NCBI GenBank assembly: GCA_012729785.1
Contig: JAAYCL010000036.1
Location: 59,174 to 123,173, forward strand
Direction: 5' to 3'
Length of the DNA: 64,000 nt
Origin: Chlamydiota bacterium
Lineage (GTDB): Bacteria > Auribacterota > Tritonobacteria > UBA1439
The notes under the pieces are model-generated. The model ran no database searches. It had not been told where the DNA came from and was given only the letters and a program-made list of their open reading frames with translations. Below are positions 48,245 to 57,094 of the stretch, piece by piece; the first letter of the stretch is position 1; every line of letters starts with the position of its first letter. The translations under genes were made by a program, and so were the position numbers.

Positions 48245-50356
48245 ATGAACGGAGCATCGAGGCGGATCGCCTTTCTGGCCGCCGCGGGCATCTGCCTGCG
48301 CGCGACGGCGGCCTCCGCCTACATCGGGCCGGGCGCGGGGTTCGCCTTCCTCGGCTCGTTCGTCTTCATACTGGGGGGGATGCTCCTGGCGGTGGTCGCG
48401 CTGCTCACCCTCCCCGCGCGCATCCTCCTGGCGCGCCTGCGCGGCAGGAAGGCGTTCCGGAGGGCCGCGGCGGAGCGGGTCGTCATCGTCGGCCTCGACG
48501 GCCTCGACCCCGCCCTCGCGTCGGGGTGGATGCGGGAGGGGAAGCTGCCGAATCTCTCCGCCCTCGCCGCCGAGGGGTGCTTCTCCCCGCTGGCGACCTC
48601 GAATCCCCCGATCTCCCCGGTGGCGTGGTCGTCGTTCATCACCGGCTCGAACCCGGGCAAGCACAACGTATTCGATTTCCTGATGCCCGACCGGCGGAAC
48701 TGCCTCCCCGCCCTCTCCTCCGCCTCGATCGAACCCACGCGGAGGACGCTGCGCCTCGGGCGGCTGCGGGTCCCCCTCGGGAAGCCGACCATCCGGCTCC
48801 TCCGGAAAGGGGTCCCGTTCTGGAGGATACTCGGGGAGCACGGGATCCGCAGCGTCGTGCTCAAGGTGCCGATCACCTTCCCCCCGGAGAGATTCCGCGG
48901 CATGCTCCTCTCCGGCCTCTGCGCGCCTGATCTCAAGGGCTCCCAGGGGACATTCGCCTTCTACACCACGGCCGACCCTCCCGCCGGCTCCGTCACCGGG
49001 GGCTGCCGCGTGCGCCTGGAGGGGGACGGTCCGGTGTTCGAGACGCGCATCTCCGGTCCCCGCGACCCGTACGGGAGGGGGTTCGATTTGTCGATCCCGA
49101 TGCGGATCGAGGTCGATGCGGCGCGGGGGCTCGCCCGCCTGCGGATAGCCGGACGCTCGCACACGGTGCGGGCGGGGACGCTCTCGGACTGGATCCCTCT
49201 CGTCTTCCGCGCCCCGCTCGGCACGCGGGTCCGCGGCATCGCGCAGTTCTTCCTGAAACAGGTTGCCCCGCGCGTGGAGCTCTACCTCTCCCCCGTCAAC
49301 ATCGACCCCGAGAACCCGGCCCTCCCGGTGTCGCACCCGCGCGTCTACGCCTCGTACCTGGCCAAGGTCGTCGGCCCGTTCGCCACGCTGGGGCTCCCGC
49401 AGGACACCTGGGCGCTGAACGAGGGGATCCTCACCGACGATGCGTTCCTCCAGCAGGCGTACCGGATCCACGACAGGCTCGAAGAGATCTTCTTCCACTC
49501 CCTGAAGAGGATGCGGAGAGGGATGCTCTGCTGCGTCTTCGACACCACCGACGCCGTCCAGCACGAGTTCTGGCGCTACATGGCCGACGGCCACCCGGCG
49601 CTGAAGGGAGGGGAGCCCCCCCCCGGCCCCCCGGTGATCGAACAACTGTACCGGAGGATGGACGGCCTGATCGGGAGGGTGCGGGCGGCGCTGGGGCCGG
49701 ATGACGTGTTGATGGTCGTCTCCGACCACGGCTTCACGCTGTTCAAACGCTGCGTGAACCTGAACCGGTGGCTGTTCGAGAACGGCTACCTCGCCCTCAA
49801 GGACGGCGCCTCGTCGTGCGGGGACTGGTTCGAGGGGGTCGACTGGGAGCGGACGAGGGCGTACGGGTTCGGCCTTTCGGGGCTCTACCTCAACCTGAAG
49901 GGGCGGGAGAGCCGGGGCACGGTGACGCCGTCGGAGGCGGGGGCGCTGAAGCGGGAGATCGCGGGGAGGCTCGCGGGGCTCAGGGACGTCGCGGGGGGCG
50001 CGGAGGCGGTCGCAGCGGTGTACGATACCGCCGCCGTCTACGCCGGCCCCTACGTCGAGAACGCCCCGGACCTCGTGGTGGGGTACGCGCCGGGGTTCCG
50101 CTGCTCGTGGGAATCGGTCACCGGCAGGGTCGGCGCGCAGGTCTTCTCGGACAACGACAAGGCGTGGAGCGCCGACCATTGCATCGACCACCGGTTCGTG
50201 CCGGGGGTCTTCTTCTGCAGCCGGCCGGCGGCGGCGGAGGCACCGCGCATCGTGGACATCGGCCCGACCGTGCTCGACCTGTTCGGCGTCGCGCCCCCCG
50301 CGCACATGGACGGCCGGCCGCTCGGCGTGGCGGGGAAAGGGATGCGGAACGGATGA
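48245..50356 (+). CDS. Alkaline-phosphatase-superfamily protein, type I phosphodiesterase/nucleotide pyrophosphatase-like, N-terminal membrane anchor (paralog 1)
   Basis: A transmembrane helix, then VVIVGLDGLDP (metal site) and ATSNPPISPVAWSSFITGSNPGKH (nucleophile region homologous to the nucleotide pyrophosphatase TFPNHYSIVTG). C-terminal VVSDHGF metal site. 703 aa. Confidence 0.75.
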   Translation: MNGASRRIAFLAAAGICLRATAASAYIGPGAGFAFLGSFVFILGGMLLAVVALLTLPARILLARLRGRKAFRRAAAERVVIVGLDGLDPALASGWMREGKLPNLSALAAEGCFSPLATSNPPISPVAWSSFITGSNPGKHNVFDFLMPDRRNCLPALSSASIEPTRRTLRLGRLRVPLGKPTIRLLRKGVPFWRILGEHGIRSVVLKVPITFPPERFRGMLLSGLCAPDLKGSQGTFAFYTTADPPAGSVTGGCRVRLEGDGPVFETRISGPRDPYGRGFDLSIPMRIEVDAARGLARLRIAGRSHTVRAGTLSDWIPLVFRAPLGTRVRGIAQFFLKQVAPRVELYLSPVNIDPENPALPVSHPRVYASYLAKVVGPFATLGLPQDTWALNEGILTDDAFLQQAYRIHDRLEEIFFHSLKRMRRGMLCCVFDTTDAVQHEFWRYMADGHPALKGGEPPPGPPVIEQLYRRMDGLIGRVRAALGPDDVLMVVSDHGFTLFKRCVNLNRWLFENGYLALKDGASSCGDWFEGVDWERTRAYGFGLSGLYLNLKGRESRGTVTPSEAGALKREIAGRLAGLRDVAGGAEAVAAVYDTAAVYAGPYVENAPDLVVGYAPGFRCSWESVTGRVGAQVFSDNDKAWSADHCIDHRFVPGVFFCSRPAAAEAPRIVDIGPTVLDLFGVAPPAHMDGRPLGVAGKGMRNG

Positions 50357-52320
50357 ACAGACGGAGAACGGCGACGGCGGCGGTGGCCGCGGCGCTCGTC
50401 TGCGCGTGCCTCCTCCCGGGCTGCGCGCCGCGGGATCGCTCCGGCGGGAAGCGGGTCGTCGTCCTCGCCTTCGACGGGATGGACCCCCGGATCGTGCGCG
50501 AGATGTTCGCCAAAGGCGGGCTGCCGAACATGAAAAGACTGTCGGAGACCGGCGGCTTCACCGAGCTCTGGTCGAGCGTCCCGCCGCAGAGCCCGGTCGC
50601 CTGGTCCAATTTCATCACCGGCAAGAACCCCGGGGGGCACGCCATCTTCGACTTCATCCACCGGGATCCCGCCACCTACCTGCCGTTCCTCTCCACCTCG
50701 GAGACGATCCCCCCGCGCCGCACGCTCGCCCTCGGCGACTACATCCTGCCCCTCTCCGCAGGGACCGTGCTCCTCAAGCGCGAGGGGAAGGCGTTCTGGG
50801 AGTACCTCGAGGAGGGCGGGATACCGGCGACGATCTTCAGGATCCCCTCCAACTTCCCCCCCGTCCCGGGCCGCGCGCAAAGCCTCTCCGGGATGGGAAC
50901 GCCGGACCTGATGGGCACCTACGGGATCTACCAGTTCTTCACGAGCGACCCCGCCGACATCCCGAAGGACCCCTCGGGCGCCGAGTTCACGCTGGTCGAG
51001 CCCCGGGACGGCGCCGTGCGGGCGGAGATCGCGGGCCCCGCGAACTCCTACCGCAAGGAGGCGCCGCGGCTCTCCATCGCCTTCACCGCCTGGATCGACG
51101 AGGCGCACGGCGCCGCCAGGATCGATCTGCCCGGCGAAAGCCTGATCCTGCGGCAGGGGGAGTGGAGCGACTGGCTGGTCCTCGAGTTCAAGCCCCTCGC
51201 GCTGGCCCCGGCGGTGCGGGGGATCTGCCGCCTGTACCTGAAGGAGGTCCGGCCCCGATTCAGACTGTACGTCACTCCGATCAACATCGACCCGAAGGCC
51301 CCCGCACTCCCGATCGACACCCCCCGCGGCTACGCCGCCGGGGTGGCGGAGGCGGTCGGCTATTTCTACACGCAGGGGATGCCGGAGAACACGAAGACGC
51401 TCACCAACGACACCTTCACCATCGACGAGTTTTACACGCACTTCCGGATGGTTCTGGACGAGAACCACCGCCTCTTCGACCATATCTGGGAACGGTACCG
51501 CGACGGCCTCCTCTTCTACTACTACTCGAGCACCGACCTCGGCACGCACATCTTCTGGCACCTCCGCGACCCGAAGCATCCGATCCACAACGCGCAGGCG
51601 CGCGCGCGCCTCGGCGACGTGATCGAGGAGACCTACGCGGAGATGGACGGGGTGGTCGGGAAGGTGATGGCCGAGATCGGCGACGGCGCCACGCTCATCG
51701 TGATGTCGGACCACGGCTTCGCGCCGTTCTACGTCTCGTTCAATCTGAACGGCTGGCTGCGGGAGAACGGCTACCTGGTCCTGAGGGACGGGGCGGCGGA
51801 GGGGTCGCTCTTCACGAACGTGGACTGGCGGAAGACGCGCGCCTACGCCATCGGCCTGAACTCCCTCTACCTGAACCTGGCGGGGAGGGAGCGGGACGGG
51901 ATCGTCGATCCGGGGGCGGAGCGGGACGCGCTCCTGCGGGAGCTCGCCGCGAAGCTGGAGGCGGTGCGGGACCCGGGGAACGGCTCGGCCGTGATCAAGC
52001 GGGTCTACCGCGCGGACGAGGTCTACTCGGGCGAGTATGCGGGGCGGGCCCCCGACCTTGTGGTCGGCTACGACTGGGGGTACCGGACCTCGTGGGAGAG
52101 CGCCCTGGGCGACGTGAAGGGGACGCTCCTCGCCACGAGCACCGAGGAGTGGAGCGGCGACCATTGCGGCGCGATGGAGGTCGTGCCGGGCATCCTCTTC
52201 TCGAACAAGAGGATCGCCCTCACGGATCCGCACCTCTACGATCTGACGCCGTCCATCCTCGCGGAGTTCGGGCTCCCGAAGCCCGCGGATATGATCGGCC
52301 GCAACGTCTTCGAACAGTGA
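50353..52320 (+). CDS. Alkaline-phosphatase-superfamily protein, type I phosphodiesterase/nucleotide pyrophosphatase-like lipoprotein (paralog 2)
   Basis: Lipobox LLPGC. VVVLAFDGMDP, SSVPPQSPVAWSNFITGKNPGGH and VMSDHGF motifs. ATGA overlap with paralog 1. About 40% identical to paralog 1 in colinear blocks. Confidence 0.75.
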   Translation: MNRRRTATAAVAAALVCACLLPGCAPRDRSGGKRVVVLAFDGMDPRIVREMFAKGGLPNMKRLSETGGFTELWSSVPPQSPVAWSNFITGKNPGGHAIFDFIHRDPATYLPFLSTSETIPPRRTLALGDYILPLSAGTVLLKREGKAFWEYLEEGGIPATIFRIPSNFPPVPGRAQSLSGMGTPDLMGTYGIYQFFTSDPADIPKDPSGAEFTLVEPRDGAVRAEIAGPANSYRKEAPRLSIAFTAWIDEAHGAARIDLPGESLILRQGEWSDWLVLEFKPLALAPAVRGICRLYLKEVRPRFRLYVTPINIDPKAPALPIDTPRGYAAGVAEAVGYFYTQGMPENTKTLTNDTFTIDEFYTHFRMVLDENHRLFDHIWERYRDGLLFYYYSSTDLGTHIFWHLRDPKHPIHNAQARARLGDVIEETYAEMDGVVGKVMAEIGDGATLIVMSDHGFAPFYVSFNLNGWLRENGYLVLRDGAAEGSLFTNVDWRKTRAYAIGLNSLYLNLAGRERDGIVDPGAERDALLRELAAKLEAVRDPGNGSAVIKRVYRADEVYSGEYAGRAPDLVVGYDWGYRTSWESALGDVKGTLLATSTEEWSGDHCGAMEVVPGILFSNKRIALTDPHLYDLTPSILAEFGLPKPADMIGRNVFEQ

Positions 52321-52450
52321 GGGGTCGATCGGCGCCGCCGGGGGACGCAACGCGGCTCCTAGACGGAGGCGGAGCGTCGCGACGGACGCGGGCGACGGGG
52401 ACAGACGAAACGATCCGCGAAGATCCGCGGCACGAGCAGGGGAGGCGCAG

Positions 52451-52642
52451 ATGGCCAGGAAGGTGAGGATCGAGGAGGGGCTGTACGGGAAGATCGAGAA
52501 GGCCGCGGCCGCGGCGGGCTATCCGAACGTCGATGAGTTCGTGGTCCATCTTCTCGAGAAGGCCGTCGCCGGAGTCGGCGGCGGAGACGACGACGCGGAA
52601 CGGGTGAAGGAGCGGCTCAGGGGGCTCGGGTACCTCTCATGA
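52451..52642 (+). CDS. Ribbon-helix-helix (CopG/Arc/NikR-N-like) small DNA-binding protein
   Basis: 63 aa: KVRIEEGLYGKIEKAAAAAGYPNVDEFVVHLLEKAV fits a beta-strand, helix, helix ribbon-helix-helix fold. ATGA overlap with the downstream membrane protein. Confidence 0.5.
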   Translation: MARKVRIEEGLYGKIEKAAAAAGYPNVDEFVVHLLEKAVAGVGGGDDDAERVKERLRGLGYLS

Positions 52643-53454
52643 TCAGTGCCGCGGGACAGGCGCTGACGCGCCTCTTCGATCTGATTCTCCTCCCGGCGAG
52701 GGGCGCCGCGCCGGTCTGGGGGATCGCCCTCGCCGCCCTCCTGACGGCCGCGGGCGTCCTCATCTCCTACCGGCTCGTCTCCGACCAGGATGCGATACGC
52801 CGCCTCAAGAAGCGCGTCCAGGGGCACCTCCTCGGCATCTACCTGTACCGGGACGACCCGCGCGCGATGCTCGGCTCCCTCGGCCGGGTCTGGTCAAACT
52901 CCATGCGGTACCTGGCATATTCCCTCGTCCCGTTCGCGGTCGCGTTCGTCCCCGTGGCGCTCGTCTGCCTGCAGCTCGATCTCCGCTACGCGCACCGTCC
53001 GCTTCGCCCGGGTGAACGCATGACCGTCTCCGTCGAGCTCGACCCAAGCGCCCCGCCCCCCGCGCTCTCCTCCACCGGCGGATTGCAGATCGAGACGGCG
53101 CCCCTGGCGATCGGCGGCACCGGGGAGACGAACTGGAGGGTGCGCGCGGTCGCGCAGGGCGCGCAGGCGGTCACGGTCGCCGTCGGCGAGGAGACGCTCG
53201 CCCTCCCCGTCGCGGTCGGCGGGGCGGCGCGGCCGCTCTGCCGCCGGCGGCTTCGGTCCCCCGTGCGGCAGGGGCTTCTCTGCCCCGCGGGCGATCCGAT
53301 ACCCCGCGGGAGCGCGGTGCGGGCGGTGCGGGTCTCCTACCCCCCCGAGCGGGTCCGCCTGGCGGGGATGCGCCTGCACTGGAGCGCCTCCTTTTTCGTG
53401 CTCGCCCTCGCCTTCGGCCTGCTTCTGAAAAGGCCGTTCGGAGTTGATTTCTGA
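52639..53454 (+). CDS. Hypothetical membrane protein (about 4 transmembrane helices), no recognisable family
   Basis: Hydrophobic segments at the N-terminus, middle and C-terminus, with an Ala/Gly-rich soluble loop. Translationally coupled to the ribbon-helix-helix gene. Confidence 0.4.
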   Translation: MISAAGQALTRLFDLILLPARGAAPVWGIALAALLTAAGVLISYRLVSDQDAIRRLKKRVQGHLLGIYLYRDDPRAMLGSLGRVWSNSMRYLAYSLVPFAVAFVPVALVCLQLDLRYAHRPLRPGERMTVSVELDPSAPPPALSSTGGLQIETAPLAIGGTGETNWRVRAVAQGAQAVTVAVGEETLALPVAVGGAARPLCRRRLRSPVRQGLLCPAGDPIPRGSAVRAVRVSYPPERVRLAGMRLHWSASFFVLALAFGLLLKRPFGVDF

Positions 53455-53472
53455 CCTCGGGGCGGCTATACT
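53444..53472 (+). promoter_or_regulatory. Putative sigma70-type promoter, TTGATT -17 nt- TATACT, for cysDN
   Basis: -35 TTGATT at 53444-53449, a 17-nt spacer, -10 TATACT at 53467-53472. It lies 43 nt before the cysD TTG start, with an AAGGA RBS in between. Confidence 0.4.
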
Positions 53473-53514
53473 GTCGCTCTCCAAACAGTGCGCCCGGCAA
53501 CAAAAGGACGACCA

Positions 53515-54318
53515 TTGGACCACCTCTCTGAACTCGAGCACAAGACGATCTATGTCGTGCGGGAGGCGTACAGCCGCTTCCGCAACATCGGGATGCTCTG
53601 GTCGATCGGCAAGGACTCGACCTCGCTCCTCTGGATCTGCCGCAAGGCGTTCTTCGGGAAGGTCCCGTTCCCGGTCATCCACATCGACACCGGCCACAAG
53701 TTCAAGGAGATCTACGCATTCCGGGACCGCTACGCGAAGGAGTGGGGGCTCGACCTGCGGGTCGCGAAAAACGACGCGGCGCTCGCCGCCGGGATGGGGC
53801 CCGACAAGGGGGCGAAGCTCGACTGCTGCCATGCCCTCAAGACGCAGGCCCTGAAGGAGTTCATCGCCCGCGAGAAGCTCGACGCCATCCTCCTCGGCAT
53901 CCGCCGCGACGAGCACGGCATCCGGGCCAAGGAGCGCTACTTCTCGCCGCGCGACGAGAAGTTCGAGTGGGACTACCAGAACCAGCCCCCCGAGCTCTGG
54001 GACCAGTTCAAGTCCAGCAGCGAGGGGCACCACCACCTCCGCGTGCATCCGATCCTCCACATGACCGAGACCGACATCTGGCGTTACGTTCGGCGGGAGG
54101 GGATGCCGGTGGTCGACCTGTATTTCGCCAAGGGGGGGAGGCGCTACCGCTCGATCGGCTGCGCCTGCTGCTGCGCGACCGTGGAGTCGGACGCGGAGAC
54201 CGTCGACGCCGTCATCCGCGAGATAGAGACGACGAACGTCTCCGAGCGTTCGGGGCGGGCGCAGGACAAGGAAGACGCGTACACGATGCAGAAGCTGCGG
54301 GCGCTCGGCTACATGTGA
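53515..54318 (+). CDS. cysD: Sulfate adenylyltransferase subunit 2
   Basis: PP-loop SIGKDS. Colinear with E. coli CysD from its N-terminus ([17 protein letters not shown] versus THLRQLEAESIHIIRE). TTG start with an AAGGA RBS 6 nt upstream. The upstream in-frame GTG at 53488 lacks an RBS. Confidence 0.9.
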   Translation: MDHLSELEHKTIYVVREAYSRFRNIGMLWSIGKDSTSLLWICRKAFFGKVPFPVIHIDTGHKFKEIYAFRDRYAKEWGLDLRVAKNDAALAAGMGPDKGAKLDCCHALKTQALKEFIAREKLDAILLGIRRDEHGIRAKERYFSPRDEKFEWDYQNQPPELWDQFKSSSEGHHHLRVHPILHMTETDIWRYVRREGMPVVDLYFAKGGRRYRSIGCACCCATVESDAETVDAVIREIETTNVSERSGRAQDKEDAYTMQKLRALGYM

Positions 54319-54343
54319 ACGGCGGGCGGCGAAAGGGAGATCG

Positions 54344-55594
54344 ATGGCGCAGACACGCGGGCGCGAGAACATGAAGATCGTCATCGTGGGCCATATGGAC
54401 CACGGCAAGTCCACCCTCATCGGGCGGCTCCTCTACGATACCCGTTCGCTCTCCCCCGACCGGATGGAGGTCATCCGGAAGACGTGCGAGGAGATGGGGA
54501 AGCCGGTCGAGTTCGCCTTCGTGATGGACCACCTCCGCGAGGAGCGGGAGCGGGGGATGACGATCGACACCGCCCAGACCTTCTTCCACACCGCGCGCCG
54601 CGACTACGTGATCATCGACGCCCCCGGGCACAAGGAGTTCATGAAGAACATGATCACCGGGGCGAGCCAGGCCGAGACGTCCATCCTCATCGTGGATGTG
54701 CATGAAGGGGTGATGGAGCAGACGCGGCGGCACGCCTATGTGCTCGGGATGCTCAACCTGAGGAAGAACATCCTGGTCCTGAACAAGATGGACCTCGTCG
54801 GTTACGACAAGGCGGCGTTCGAGCGCGTGCGCGGCGAGATCGCCGCCTTCCTCAAACGTCTGGGGATCGCCCCCTCGTTCGTCATTCCGGTCTCGGGGAC
54901 CGGCGGGGACAACTTCGCCTCCCCCTCCGGGAAGATGCCCTGGTACAAGGGGCCGACGCTCATCGACGCCCTCGACACCCTCGAAAAGGACCGGGACCTC
55001 AGGGAGAAGCCGCTCCGGATGCCCGTGCAGGACGTTTACGAGCGGGAGGCGGGGCGCATCGTCGCGGGCAGGATCGAATCCGGCTCGCTTCGCGAGGGGG
55101 ACGCGGTGAGGATCTTCCCCGGGGAGGAGCGGGCGACCGTGGCGAAGGTTCTCGAGTTCGGCGCGACGCGCGCCTCCGCGGAGGCGGGGGAGTGCATCGG
55201 CGTGCTGCTCTCGGGGGGGGCGGCGCCGCGGCGCGGCGATCTCCTGGGAGCCCTCGGCGACCCCCCGCGCCTCGGTACGGCGGTCAGCGCGAACCTGTTC
55301 TGGATGGCCGCGGAGGCGTGCGCGGCAGGCGAGAGGCTCACGTTGCGCCTTGGAACGCAGGAGACGCCCTGCAGGATCGAAACGATCGGGAAGAGGATCG
55401 ACTCCTCGACGCTCGACGTCATCGAGGAGAACGCCCGCGCGCTCGAAGAGACCGAGGTGGGCGAGGTCCTGGTCCGCACCGAACGCCCGGTCGCCTTCGA
55501 GCTCTTCAGCGACATCCCCGAATTGGGCCGTTTCGTCCTCGAGAGGGGGAACGACATCGTCGCCGGGGGGATCATCACCCGTCCCGGCCCCTGA
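54344..55594 (+). CDS. cysN: Sulfate adenylyltransferase subunit 1 (GTPase), short form without APS kinase domain
   Basis: G1 [10 protein letters not shown]3 DAPGH and G4 NKMD motifs. 416 aa ending after translation-factor domain III. No CysC domain. Confidence 0.9.
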   Translation: MAQTRGRENMKIVIVGHMDHGKSTLIGRLLYDTRSLSPDRMEVIRKTCEEMGKPVEFAFVMDHLREERERGMTIDTAQTFFHTARRDYVIIDAPGHKEFMKNMITGASQAETSILIVDVHEGVMEQTRRHAYVLGMLNLRKNILVLNKMDLVGYDKAAFERVRGEIAAFLKRLGIAPSFVIPVSGTGGDNFASPSGKMPWYKGPTLIDALDTLEKDRDLREKPLRMPVQDVYEREAGRIVAGRIESGSLREGDAVRIFPGEERATVAKVLEFGATRASAEAGECIGVLLSGGAAPRRGDLLGALGDPPRLGTAVSANLFWMAAEACAAGERLTLRLGTQETPCRIETIGKRIDSSTLDVIEENARALEETEVGEVLVRTERPVAFELFSDIPELGRFVLERGNDIVAGGIITRPGP

Positions 55595-55610
55595 TCCAAA
55601 GGAGACCGGA

Positions 55611-56897
55611 ATGCCTCCCCGCCCGCGCGCGGTCATCGTCGGCCTCGACGGCGTACCCCACCGGCTCATCGAGCGGTACGCCTCCGACGGGACGATGCCG
55701 AACCTCGGGGCGATACTCGCGACCGGGACGCTCCGGAGGATGGCCTCCTCCATCCCGGAGATCTCCTGTGTCGCCTGGAGCACGATCATCACCGGCAGGA
55801 ACCCGGGCGTTCACGGCATCTACGGGTTCATGAACCTGCGGCCGGGCACCTACCAGTTCTCGTTTCCCGCGTTCGGAGACCTGAAGGCGCCTCCGTTCTG
55901 GGAGGAGATGCCGGACACGCGGGCCGCGATCGTCAACATCCCGGGCACCTATCCCGCGCGCACCATGAACGGGGTTACCGTGTCGGGTTTCGTAGCCCTC
56001 GACCTCGCGCGGGCGACATATCCGAAACACCTCATCCCGGAGCTCGAGCGGCTCGGCTACCGGATCGACGTGGACGCGGCCAAGGGCCACTCCGACATCG
56101 ACGCCTTCCTGCGCGACCTCGACGCGACGCTCGAGGCGAGGATCCGGGCGGCCCGCTTCCTGCTCGCACGGGAGCGCTGGGATATCTTCTTCCTCGCCTT
56201 CACCGGGACCGACCGGCTCTCCCATTTCCTCTTCGAGGCGTTCGAGAACGACGCCCACCCCCGCGCCGGCGCCTTCCGGGCGCACTTCAAACGGATCGAC
56301 GGCTATCTCGGCGAGCTGTACGAGACAGTCGGGGCCGACGATCTCCTTGTGCTGCTCTCCGACCACGGCTTCGACCTCGTCGAGACGGAGATCAACGTCA
56401 ACAGGGCCCTCGCCGACGCCGGCTTTCTGAAGATCGCGAGCCCGACACGGGATTCGTTCGAAGGGGTGGGGGAGGGGAGCCGGGCGTTCGCCCTCGATCC
56501 CGCGCGGATTTATGTCAACCTCCGGGGGCGGTACCCGCGCGGATGCGTCGATCCCGGCGACCGGGAGCGCGTCGCCCGGGACGTCGCCGGCGCCCTCCAG
56601 GATCTCTCGGTGAACGGGAGGCCGGTGATCCGCAGCGTCTTCTCGAGAGAGGAGCTCTATGCGGGGAGCCGGATCGCCGAGGCCCCCGATCTCGTGCTCC
56701 TGCCCCGGCGGGGGTTCGATCTGAAGGGGCGCCTCGCCGCACCGGCGCTGGTCTCCAGGGGCGTCTTCACCGGGATGCACACGCACGACGACGCGTTCCT
56801 CTTCGTGCGATCCTCGGCCATCCCGCCGTCGGAGATCCCCGCCGCGCCGTGGGTCGGGGATGTGCGCGCCCTCGTCGAGCGCGGGCTCGCCGGCTAG
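55611..56897 (+). CDS. Alkaline-phosphatase-superfamily protein, type I phosphodiesterase/nucleotide pyrophosphatase-like, cytoplasmic (paralog 3)
   Basis: No signal peptide. VIVGLDGVPH, ASSIPEISCVAWSTIITGRNPGVH and LLSDHGF motifs parallel paralogs 1 and 2. AAAGGAG RBS. Confidence 0.75.
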   Translation: MPPRPRAVIVGLDGVPHRLIERYASDGTMPNLGAILATGTLRRMASSIPEISCVAWSTIITGRNPGVHGIYGFMNLRPGTYQFSFPAFGDLKAPPFWEEMPDTRAAIVNIPGTYPARTMNGVTVSGFVALDLARATYPKHLIPELERLGYRIDVDAAKGHSDIDAFLRDLDATLEARIRAARFLLARERWDIFFLAFTGTDRLSHFLFEAFENDAHPRAGAFRAHFKRIDGYLGELYETVGADDLLVLLSDHGFDLVETEINVNRALADAGFLKIASPTRDSFEGVGEGSRAFALDPARIYVNLRGRYPRGCVDPGDRERVARDVAGALQDLSVNGRPVIRSVFSREELYAGSRIAEAPDLVLLPRRGFDLKGRLAAPALVSRGVFTGMHTHDDAFLFVRSSAIPPSEIPAAPWVGDVRALVERGLAG

Positions 56898-57042
56898 TGC
56901 CGCCGTTTCGGGCGCCTCCGCTTCGTCATCGTGCCCCCCGCCTGTCGAGGAGGAAGGGCGCCGTGCGCCGGATGGGTCGATCCCGGGGCGGGGGAGCGGA
57001 TCGCCCTCAGGCCATCTGACCGATCACGGCGGCCGGCCGTTC

Positions 57043-57051
57043 TGCTACAAT
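57043..57051 (+). promoter_or_regulatory. Putative extended -10 element TGcTACAAT upstream of the nucleotide-sugar dehydrogenase gene
   Basis: TGn plus TACAAT sits 44 nt before the ATG at 57095, in a 197-nt intergenic region. AAAGGAAGG RBS. Confidence 0.25.
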
Positions 57052-57094
57052 ACCCCTTTGCAGCCGGATGCCGCGGCGCTGAAAGGAAGGCAGG

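Noticed and set aside
41723-52350. Series of long - strand ORFs (41723..43945, 43791..46040, 48107..50305, 50050..52350)
   Set aside because: Each is antisense to strongly supported + strand genes (glmS, histidine kinase, response regulator, alkaline-phosphatase-family paralogs). The translations are R/G/P/E-rich without domains.
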